DNA from: a virus
DNA length: 64,000 nt
IMG/VR virus record: IMGVR_UViG_3300027816_000055
Direction: 5' to 3' (one strand)
Each line of letters starts with the position of its first letter. The first letter of the stretch is position 1. The translations under genes and the position numbers were made by a program. Positions 58,301-64,000 of this stretch are shown one piece after another. The notes beneath the pieces were generated by a model. The model was not told the DNA's origin. It saw nothing but the letters and a program-made list of their open reading frames with translations, and made no database searches.

Positions 58301-59070
58301 CAAGCAATATCACGGCAAGTACTATGCGCTTTTCAGTATTAAGTGGTTCAAACGGTGGTATAGTAATTAATTCTAGTGATCCATCCGCAGCTATTAATCC
58401 AAGAATTTTTTATAATTATGGTAATGGCGGTGGCGGAGATTTTACTTCTGTTTCTGCAAGTACTGAACATCAATCATTTGGATTTAATAGTGCGGGTACT
58501 TTTGGTGGCACTGTAAATCAACAAAGCGGTAGAACAATATACTTTTTTGATCGTATAAGCAGTACATTTTATGGTGGTATATCTGGTAATGATAGAGGAT
58601 TTTACTGGGGAACGAGTAATACTGCGTTTTCACTAAAAGTATTGCCACCCGGAGCATCTACTGTTCCTGTTACTATTAAAGGCGCAGCGGGACAAACTAC
58701 AAGAATTTTATCAGTCACCGATTCGGCTGATTCAATATTAATGACTGTAAGTTCTAGTGGTCGGGTTGGTATTGGAACGAGTGATCCGGCAGCAACATTT
58801 GATTCTAACGGCGATGGTATATTAAGAGGCAATGTTGGTATTGGAGGTGTGGCCGGCACAGATGGCACTGCCACTGTTCGTTTAAACATTATCGGTACTG
58901 GTAATACACAAACAGCATTACGATTTGATAACGTAAATGGTATCGGTACGACAACATCTGCTGGTAGAGCACTTGCTGGATTTATTCGTTGCTATGTAAA
59001 TAGCAACGTAAGTGATGGAGGCGCAAACGCATTCGCAGCTAACGTATATTATATTCCAGTCTATTCATAA
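52366..59070 (+). CDS. Ser/Thr/Gly-rich tail fibre / adhesin 3 (2234 aa)
   Basis: Many N(K/R)LDV.GNISAS and FGT(A/S)SWA modules; internal ~95-aa duplication. Confidence 0.75.
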   Translation: MSNEFVVKNGLISQGNITGTGSLVVSQNITASNITASGISTANGYVVIGEDIAFPQSRDSYYAGYSGNPAAGPSSVIEMMQALSNAIGVNDPLRFRTISSPEYYSASAWHTDTTPPPYGRLFDGNANSTVDLITQAESQSFEKTIKRFVISFPQYSRPNFVMLQSDFQNNFYGYGVQIEKQSASVWLPAVSGSQNMANGSARVMAFQLGDLFNADALRFTFTASAALVINGGISGSLRLNSIRSFGNQNYSSTIPVYTNSGSQLISNNNVGIGSVAPRNRLDVAGNISASAITASAISASNLNVLTSVGIGSNLIVGTNATIGTSLTVGTNISASGNISASVFVGPHTGSTFGTASWAQSASNAVSSQTASFLPVGTYNITSSLATNSISSSYFSGSVLSASNAFVSGTLSVNGQIVATAFSSSTIYITASSLIVGDNIITLNAATPALRYAGIEAYDSGSSTLTSLLWDSQNNYFFVSSSQANASRQIILGPTGETALSENYIPLISGSNNISSSVIYQNSGNIAIGTTVPTGSLTVENSTSTIPILSLGGGEALLDVADLYVLNSFNTSSGVGFGAKVIGINISSSLDASNIPIQRTVWSGVNSATAIVLSADDPGGGPQDNAFQIWTSNGGSAGTALTQKFSLTAEGNAGIGTTSPVNRLDVAGNISASAITASNFLGTSSWATNTVSASYLIPTNNYQIATLTASNISASGTGLFNSVGIGTTNPRGGGLHVNTVNGSAANEYSALVISANVSSSRGINIAYDATNDVGIITALHAGTGWKNITLQPVSGQVGIGVVAPVNKLDVGGNISCSIITASLFSGSHSGSTFGTASWAQSSSNAVSSSIATTAVSANALNTANSYTIVNLTASNISASGNVTASNLYALTTVGIGSNLIVGTNITVGGSTELGNALTDTVTISGSVIQTGSFTTAGSITVGANISASGNISASVFSGPHTGSTFGTASWATNSLTASSIASTSNAFVQGGNSFGTTAALGTNDANNLAFETNGTTRMTIGSGGQIGIDRGVSGLYKVGIADTQLSSNSSSSLYIITTHPQTSGSATSNNTSTIQTIYSVTEYTGSNDLQNQCIFNQLQMNGTGSASGSYRALRNGLLLGNSVALATNSSFVNTNCTNQVSPNIASFSVPTWVAGTNTSIDLIIGNSTGSITNVYHHLINSPFSIGLGGITVTNAVGVYISKQRTTGIVTNGYGIYQVDTGDLNIFAGRTRIGSTTAPVNALDVSGNISASVITASLFTGSVSGSLFGTASWAQSASNAVSSQTASFLTITNNYQVNNFTASNINVTSTGSFGYVGIGTTNPGTVLDVVNPLTSLTNQPAISGRFSSNVDGRNLIRVVNTNPNAVAAATNAGISFVAYSNTSVQPFTSSHEAQILLGATSAGGDLKIIAPIGMSFNVSASNVVMTGSSYANYGNTAMTIAATGNVGISSTAPVNKLDVGGNISASVITASLFSGSVSGSVFGTSSWATNATTANSLTTGNSYQITNLTASGNISASGFIGQLTGSVLGTSSWASTANALNSVNTYTVSGLNINTGNLTMGSATEILLSDGDQTTPGLAFNADANTGIYRVANDTIGFTTNGTLKLDINSNDISSSIPISASVFVGPHTGSTFGTSSWATNTVTASYLIPTNNYQIATLTASNISASSITGSFNGTISNASTASYLTIANSYQINNLTASAISASNFMSASNVWFGNSMVFVEVMPTGSITSPDIYFSSSAITASDVMFRIEAGARTGSMVALHIISTGSLGSIAISASRGDIVGTNFTGSIFSGSFSGNATTATTATTANALNTANSYRITNLTASNISASGTISGSDGSYNRLFSTSITASAMSASSFMSASNVWFGNSMTYVEVMPTGSLTAPDVYFSSSAITSSDVMFRIEAGARTGSMVALHIISTGSLESIAISASSGNIVGTNFTGSIFSGTSFSGSLFGTSSWAATASALNTFNSYQVTNFTASNITASTMRFSVLSGSNGGIVINSSDPSAAINPRIFYNYGNGGGGDFTSVSASTEHQSFGFNSAGTFGGTVNQQSGRTIYFFDRISSTFYGGISGNDRGFYWGTSNTAFSLKVLPPGASTVPVTIKGAAGQTTRILSVTDSADSILMTVSSSGRVGIGTSDPAATFDSNGDGILRGNVGIGGVAGTDGTATVRLNIIGTGNTQTALRFDNVNGIGTTTSAGRALAGFIRCYVNSNVSDGGANAFAANVYYIPVYS
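57451..58220 (+). repeat. near-tandem ~290-bp duplication inside fibre 3
   Basis: ~57451-57750 vs ~57910-58220, both encoding FMSASNVWFGNSM..VEVMPTGS...MFRIEAGARTGSMVALHIISTGSL..IAISAS.G.IVGTNFTGSIFSG. Confidence 0.9.
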
Positions 59071-59075
59071 ACTAT

Positions 59076-59336
59076 ATGACTACAAAAATTATTATTTCTC
59101 GATTTGAATTAATCGACAATCCACCAACCGGAAAAGTAGTTGGTTTTACTATAAAAAATTTAGATAATGAATTTTCAGATTATACTGAAACCATAATGTC
59201 TATAGCTGAATGCGTAGATAAAACCGATAACGAAATATGTCAACTTGCATATTTAAAAATAAAATTACAAATTGAAAATATTATTAATAAATTGAATACA
59301 CGATCTACTATTTTAGGTAGTGAATTTGTGCCTTAA
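59076..59336 (+). CDS. small protein after the fibres (possible fibre assembly factor)
   Basis: 86 aa directly after fibre 3; function inferred from position only. Confidence 0.55.
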   Translation: MTTKIIISRFELIDNPPTGKVVGFTIKNLDNEFSDYTETIMSIAECVDKTDNEICQLAYLKIKLQIENIINKLNTRSTILGSEFVP

Positions 59337-59343
59337 AATATAA

Positions 59344-60366
59344 ATGAAACACGTTACAATTTCCAGTGTATATAATTTTGAATCTGGCTATAATGTATTA
59401 TTAAAAGGGTTATTAGATAATTTACCAAAAAATAATTATTCAATAAGACCTCGTTCTTATAGCAAAGTTACTTCTGATTTTCAACGATATTTTGAAAATG
59501 TTGTTTATCGAAAAGAAGATTGTAATTTATTATTGTTGCCGCCGTGCAATCAAATAGATAGCGTTCATCCATTATTTAATATAGTACCGGCAAAAAACAC
59601 TATTTTTTTTACAATGTGGGAGAGTAGTAGATTTACTGATATTTTTATAGATAAATCAAATACTATGCAGGCAATGATTGTTCCGAATAAATGGAACAAG
59701 CAATCATTAGAATTACAGGGATGTAACGTACCGATTCATATAGTTCCGTTGTTTATAGATGATAAAGTATTTAATTATCAAGAGCCGATTGTTCAAAATA
59801 AATTTATTTTTGGAACAGCAAATGACGATCCGCGCAAACGAGTAAATGAAACAATTAAATGTTTTATTAAAGCATTTCCAAAAGAAAAGGATGTTGTTTT
59901 GAAAGTTAAACTTTCAAAAAATTCTATTATAAATAAGTTTACAGACGATAGAATAAAAATTATAACAGACAGTTACAGTCAACGTCAATTGGTTGATTTT
60001 TATGCGTCTTTAAATGTGTTTGTTAGTGGAGTTAGTTCAGAAGGATGGGGTTTACATCAACATGAGAGTATGGCATGTGGTAGACCTGTAATTGCTGCTT
60101 GTTATGCCGGGCTGGCAGAATTTATGACAGAAGAAAATAGTTTTTGTTTAAAATATAACGAAGTGCCAAGTACAGATTATTGGGAAACCCCCGGCGGCAA
60201 ATGGTCAAAATATGATGAAGATCACATGATCGAAACTATGCGATATTGTTATAATAATTCATCGTCTGTTTTCCAAAAAGGAATTATTGCTAGTGAAAAT
60301 GTTTCGCGTTTCAATGTGGCAAATTTTATAAGTGATATTTCTTCAGTAATTAATATTTATACTTAA
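59344..60366 (+). CDS. glycosyltransferase, GT-B (GT4-like)
   Basis: WES, PRKR..ETIKCF..AF, EGWGLHQHESMACGRPVI. Confidence 0.85.
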   Translation: MKHVTISSVYNFESGYNVLLKGLLDNLPKNNYSIRPRSYSKVTSDFQRYFENVVYRKEDCNLLLLPPCNQIDSVHPLFNIVPAKNTIFFTMWESSRFTDIFIDKSNTMQAMIVPNKWNKQSLELQGCNVPIHIVPLFIDDKVFNYQEPIVQNKFIFGTANDDPRKRVNETIKCFIKAFPKEKDVVLKVKLSKNSIINKFTDDRIKIITDSYSQRQLVDFYASLNVFVSGVSSEGWGLHQHESMACGRPVIAACYAGLAEFMTEENSFCLKYNEVPSTDYWETPGGKWSKYDEDHMIETMRYCYNNSSSVFQKGIIASENVSRFNVANFISDISSVINIYT

Positions 60367-60410
60367 TAATATATTATTGAGCGTTATTTAACAAGTAGAT
60401 TGAATTTGAA

Positions 60411-61067
60411 TCAATTAATTAATACTCTTGTTTTTTCGTGCCCTACAACAACAGTCGGATCGACATATAAACTATATCCATTTCTAATTATCGATCTGCA
60501 AAATGCAACATCTTCCATTGTAAAATCTTTTAAATTATTTCCGATGTTAACAAATTCAGGCCGAAACCAAGGATATTCAATAGATTCGGTTACTCCTTTT
60601 TTTATCAACATGAACCCCATTCCAGTATAATGAACTTGAATCAAGTCTTTTTTATTTTCTATATCATGTGGTTGTAGAAATTTAAAATATCCATGTTGTA
60701 AAAAATATGACTCATCCCAATTTTTGACCGTGGCATAGTTTAATCCATCTTCCATTAAATAAAGACCACTAACTACATCCTGTTTTCTATTCAACAAAGT
60801 TTTGAATTGCTCTACTGTAAATATTATATCACTATCGATCCACATTATATAATCATAATCTAATTGCCCGTTATATGGTTTTTGTAAAGTTCCATTTAGA
60901 ATATTTCCACCTAAACACATGTTTCTGACATAATAAATGTTACAACTATAATATTGTTGTAAACTAACACTAATTCCATTATTTATACACCACGCTAATA
61001 ATTCCGACCAGCATCTTAAAAAGCGTCCACTAAAACTTTTTCCCGGCAAACAAAAAACAATTTTCAT
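60411..61067 (-). CDS. glycosyltransferase, GT-A (GT2-like)
   Basis: YDYIMWIDSDIIF (DxD), TGMGFMLIK, EDVAFC, VGHEK; ATG 61067. Confidence 0.8.
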   Translation of the reverse strand: MKIVFCLPGKSFSGRFLRCWSELLAWCINNGISVSLQQYYSCNIYYVRNMCLGGNILNGTLQKPYNGQLDYDYIMWIDSDIIFTVEQFKTLLNRKQDVVSGLYLMEDGLNYATVKNWDESYFLQHGYFKFLQPHDIENKKDLIQVHYTGMGFMLIKKGVTESIEYPWFRPEFVNIGNNLKDFTMEDVAFCRSIIRNGYSLYVDPTVVVGHEKTRVLIN

Positions 61068-61156
61068 AAATAAAATAAAACAAATTCTGTATATACATAT
61101 ATGTATGTATATCAAACGAATTATTTTATTCGTTACAACAATAACTAGTTAAACAT

Positions 61157-61432
61157 ATGGCAGAACCAATCAAGTTACAAGAATCAGAGATGTTATCATT
61201 ACAAACTATTCAATCACGATACCAAGAAAAGGTATTCCAATTTGGCCAATTTTATTTGGAACGAATTGCATTGGATGAAAAAATCAAAAATCTAGCCGAC
61301 GCTGAAAATAAAGCGAAGGAAGAATTTTCTGTAATTCAGCAAGATGAACAAAAGTGGATGAATGATATTGCATCTAAATACGGAGACGGAAATCTTTCTT
61401 TGAAAGATGGTACATTCACTCCAAAATCATAA
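61157..61432 (+). CDS. hypothetical coiled-coil protein
   Basis: 91 aa ending KYGDGNLSLKDGTFTP. Confidence 0.75.
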   Translation: MAEPIKLQESEMLSLQTIQSRYQEKVFQFGQFYLERIALDEKIKNLADAENKAKEEFSVIQQDEQKWMNDIASKYGDGNLSLKDGTFTPKS

Positions 61433-61463
61433 ACAATCTGTAGTAATAAATTTGTTATATTTC

Positions 61464-61493
61464 AAAACCACATAATATATTATGTGGTTTTTT
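61464..61493 (+). terminator. intrinsic terminator
   Basis: aaaaccacataat / attatgtggtttt plus T run. Confidence 0.8.
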
Positions 61494-61528
61494 GTTTTTA
61501 CAATTTACAATATAATATTTATTAATAT

Positions 61529-61720
61529 ATGAATATTTATGAAACTTATGATGATAATAATCTAAATCATGTAGAAAATGGTCCCGATTATGGTCAAACT
61601 TATATGGGTTCAAAAATGACTATATTAGCATGGAATATTGAAAATTCATTTGAATTTGAATATTATGATAATTTCAGTTCCAATCAAATTGTTATAGAAC
61701 CACTTATTTCAATTGATTAA
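61529..61720 (+). CDS. small acidic hypothetical protein
   Basis: 63 aa; TATTTAT 6 nt upstream. Confidence 0.55.
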   Translation: MNIYETYDDNNLNHVENGPDYGQTYMGSKMTILAWNIENSFEFEYYDNFSSNQIVIEPLISID

Positions 61721-61806
61721 AATTAATATGTACGTTATAGTGATGTACATATACTTATTATAGTGGGTGTGTCAAGTTTATTCACGCACAATTCGTTTTT
61801 TTATTT

Positions 61807-62391
61807 ATGATCTATCTACAGGATATTTTAAAAGAAGTTACAGATGCTAATTTATTGGAACAAGACTTGAGTCGTATTATATATGTTGATTTGGACGGTG
61901 TTCTGGTTGATTTTGATGGGGGCTTCAAATCCATATCAGGTGGAGTTGATAAATTTGATTATATTAAACAAAACGGTGTGGATAAGTTATGGAAATTAAT
62001 AAACTCACATGGACAAGAATGGTGGGAAACTTTAAATTGGATGCCCGATGGAACAAAATTATGGTCGGCAATTTCAAATAAAAATGTCAAGATACTTACT
62101 AGTGGAAGCACTCGCAACACAGGAACAATGGCTATCAATGGGAAAAAGAAATGGGTTGCGGCTCACTTGGGTCAGATTGAAACAATCGTAGTAAATAACA
62201 GTCATGAGAAACAAAACTATGCACGTCCCGGTGACATTTTAATAGACGATTTATACAGCAATATCAGTGAATGGATTGCAAAAAAAGGAATTGGTATTTT
62301 GCATCGTAATGCAGAAGAATCAATCAATAAATTAAATGACGTTATAAATACTCAAACTGAAACTTATGGTTATAGTTGGTCAAACGTATGA
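61807..62391 (+). CDS. HAD-superfamily 5'(3')-deoxyribonucleotidase-like protein with MIYLQDILKE leader
   Basis: DLDGVLVDF, ILTS, GKKKW, K...A...DILIDD. Confidence 0.85.
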   Translation: MIYLQDILKEVTDANLLEQDLSRIIYVDLDGVLVDFDGGFKSISGGVDKFDYIKQNGVDKLWKLINSHGQEWWETLNWMPDGTKLWSAISNKNVKILTSGSTRNTGTMAINGKKKWVAAHLGQIETIVVNNSHEKQNYARPGDILIDDLYSNISEWIAKKGIGILHRNAEESINKLNDVINTQTETYGYSWSNV

Positions 62392-63092
62392 AAATAAGAA
62401 TTTATAACAACACTCTGAATCCTGATCTTTGGCAAGACATCAATACATTAAAGCCCGAAGTCAGAGAATCTTTATTAAAAATAGCACAAGATTTTTATAC
62501 TGACACCGAATTGACTGCACCAATTAAAGATATTTACATGCTAGGTAGCAGTGCCAATTATAATTGGAGTCCAACAAGCGACATTGATTTGCATGTGGTT
62601 GTTGATTTTAAAAAAATCAACAGTGATGTTGATTTAACTAAGCAATTAGTAGACGCTCTAAAAGCAAATTGGAACAAAAGTCACAACGTAACTATCAAGA
62701 ACCGTAGAGTTGAGGTGTATATTCAAGATGTTAATGAGAGAAATCGTTCTACAGGCGTGTATAGTGTATTGAACAACAAATGGGTGTTGATGCCACAGAA
62801 AATTAGAGTGGTATTAGATAACAAATTGATTCAACAGAAATATACAAACATGGTATTGCAAATTAAATCGGCAATAAAAGAGCAAAATTTAGATAAACTC
62901 AAGAATGTACTCAAATTATTATACAATATGAGAGAAGCTGGATTGAGTAAAACTGGAGAGTACAGTGCGGAAAATATCGTATTTAAAACATTGAGAAGCA
63001 GAGGATTTGTAGATCAATTAAAAAATACAATAAATAAACTATATGATTCTCAAGTTTCAGTCAAACAAGAAGATATAAAAAATAATAAATAA
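62388..63092 (+). CDS. Pol-beta superfamily nucleotidyltransferase
   Basis: LGSSANYNW...SDIDLH...VEVYIQD; ATGA overlap with the HAD gene. Confidence 0.8.
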   Translation: MKIRIYNNTLNPDLWQDINTLKPEVRESLLKIAQDFYTDTELTAPIKDIYMLGSSANYNWSPTSDIDLHVVVDFKKINSDVDLTKQLVDALKANWNKSHNVTIKNRRVEVYIQDVNERNRSTGVYSVLNNKWVLMPQKIRVVLDNKLIQQKYTNMVLQIKSAIKEQNLDKLKNVLKLLYNMREAGLSKTGEYSAENIVFKTLRSRGFVDQLKNTINKLYDSQVSVKQEDIKNNK

Positions 63093-63159
63093 TTTGTAAA
63101 AAAGCATTTTTTTAAATATTTATACATATAGAACAATAGAATAATAAGGACAACATACT

Positions 63160-63651
63160 ATGGCAGATCTACTTAATTCAAACGAAATCTTTTTCACAAG
63201 TTTTGAACCAAAAGTCAAAAATCGCTTTATCCTTTATATGGATGGCATCCCGAGCTTTTTGATTTACAAATTTAAACGTCCAACAGTAAAGAGCGAAAAG
63301 AAAGTATTGGACCACATCAACATTCAACGTTATTACAAGGGTAAAACCACTTGGGAAGAACTTACTATGGAATTGTATGATCCAATTGTACCAAGCGGTG
63401 CCCAAGCCGTAATGGAATGGGTACGTTTATCACACGAATCTGTAACAGGCCGCGATGGTTATGCAGATTTTTATAAAAAAGATTTAACAGTTAACGTATT
63501 GGGACCAGTTGGTGATAAGGTCGAAGAATGGAAGTTAGTTGGTGCATTCATTACCAGTGCTGATTTTGGTGAATTGGACTGGAAAGATACCGGTGAACAT
63601 TTGAGCGTCAATCTTACGCTCTCGGTTGACTATTGTGTTCTTCAATATTAA
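63160..63651 (+). CDS. gp19: tail tube protein (gp19-like)
   Basis: FEPKVKNRF, YKGK..WE......YDPI.PSGAQAVMEW, GP.GD.VEEW.L.GAF. Confidence 0.88.
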   Translation: MADLLNSNEIFFTSFEPKVKNRFILYMDGIPSFLIYKFKRPTVKSEKKVLDHINIQRYYKGKTTWEELTMELYDPIVPSGAQAVMEWVRLSHESVTGRDGYADFYKKDLTVNVLGPVGDKVEEWKLVGAFITSADFGELDWKDTGEHLSVNLTLSVDYCVLQY

Positions 63652-63677
63652 TTTACTGCTGTTCTTTGTTCTATTGT

Positions 63678-63709
63678 AAATCCTCTTGACAAAATCAAGA
63701 GGATTTTTT
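63678..63709 (+). terminator. intrinsic terminator after tube
   Basis: aaatcctcttga-CAAAA-tcaagaggattt plus T run. Confidence 0.8.
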
Positions 63710-63731
63710 GTTTTGTACTATTTATTACTAT

Positions 63732-64000
63732 ATGAAAATAACTCGCAATTATTTAAAATCTATAATTCAAGAATGTTTGAATGAAATTTTGTTGGAACAG
63801 GATGTAACCAAAGATCCAAAAGTTGCTGCTGCCAACGCTATTGTTGCCGCTGCCAAAGTAAAAGTGGCAGATGAAAAAAATAAATATTATAATGATCAAA
63901 TTAAAAAAGCAAGCGAAGAAGAGCGTAATGCAGAACCGGATAAAAAAAATGATGTTCGTAATAAAATTAAAGATTTGAAGGATAAACAAAATGCAGCTAA
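63732..64000 (+). CDS. partial putative internal head protein (runs off the window)
   Basis: MKITRNYLKSIIQECLNEILLE then a K/A-rich segment; no stop before 64000. Confidence 0.7.
   Translation, partial: MKITRNYLKSIIQECLNEILLEQDVTKDPKVAAANAIVAAAKVKVADEKNKYYNDQIKKASEEERNAEPDKKNDVRNKIKDLKDKQNAA

Larger units (their letters stand above)
22688..63725. promoter_or_regulatory. recurrent TA(T/C)TTAT motif, candidate late promoter
   Basis: + strand at 22688, 23159, 26553, 31591, 34793, 36246, 39416, 40231, 42409, 45642, 48181, 61516, 61752, 63117, 63719; - strand at 36210-36204 and, outside this span, 19552-19546 and 22571-22565; all upstream of gene starts. Confidence 0.6.

Noticed and set aside
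45683-59070. CRISPR-like repeat array in the fibre region
   Set aside because: Repeats are in-frame, vary at synonymous sites and are irregularly spaced within long ORFs; no cas genes
61755-61790. Minus-strand sigma70 promoter (TTGACA near 61770-61775)
   Set aside because: No -10 box at 16-18 nt spacing; the nearby TATAAT is only 7 nt away
1-64000. Stop-codon reassignment (code 15 or 4)
   Set aside because: Core genes are full length under the standard code, and TAG and TGA both end genes at sensible boundaries
1-64000. tRNA, rRNA or other structured ncRNA genes
   Set aside because: Intergenic gaps are short and explained by promoters and terminators; no cloverleaf or T-loop motif was noticed (a tRNAscan-SE/Infernal run would be decisive)

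Overview
AT-rich segment of a large T4-like myovirus (probably a jumbo phage), read with the standard genetic code; no tRNA, rRNA or CRISPR array was seen. 1-15.8 kb (+) is an early/middle accessory region driven by sigma70-type TTGAC(T/A)-N16/17-TAnnnT promoters. It holds many small unknown genes, an Apyc1-like MBL hydrolase, rIIA/rIIB, two RNA ligases with a kinase and two phosphoesterases, an M23 peptidase, ClpP, and GIY-YIG and HNH proteins. 15.8-22.6 kb (mostly -) holds vWA, IscU, GDP-mannose 4,6-dehydratase and an SF2 helicase. 22.7-64 kb (mostly +) is the morphogenesis region: sheath, terminase, portal, prohead protease, scaffold, major capsid, neck, three very long Ser/Thr-rich modular fibres, two glycosyltransferases and tail tube, often preceded by a TA(T/C)TTAT motif. 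The most interesting signal is a set of unrelated enzymes (ADP-ribosyltransferase-like, HAD nucleotidase, flavoprotein) sharing an N-terminal MIxLxxLLxE peptide, which resembles a capsid-targeting, protease-cleaved leader. All family calls come from motif recognition; no database search was run.
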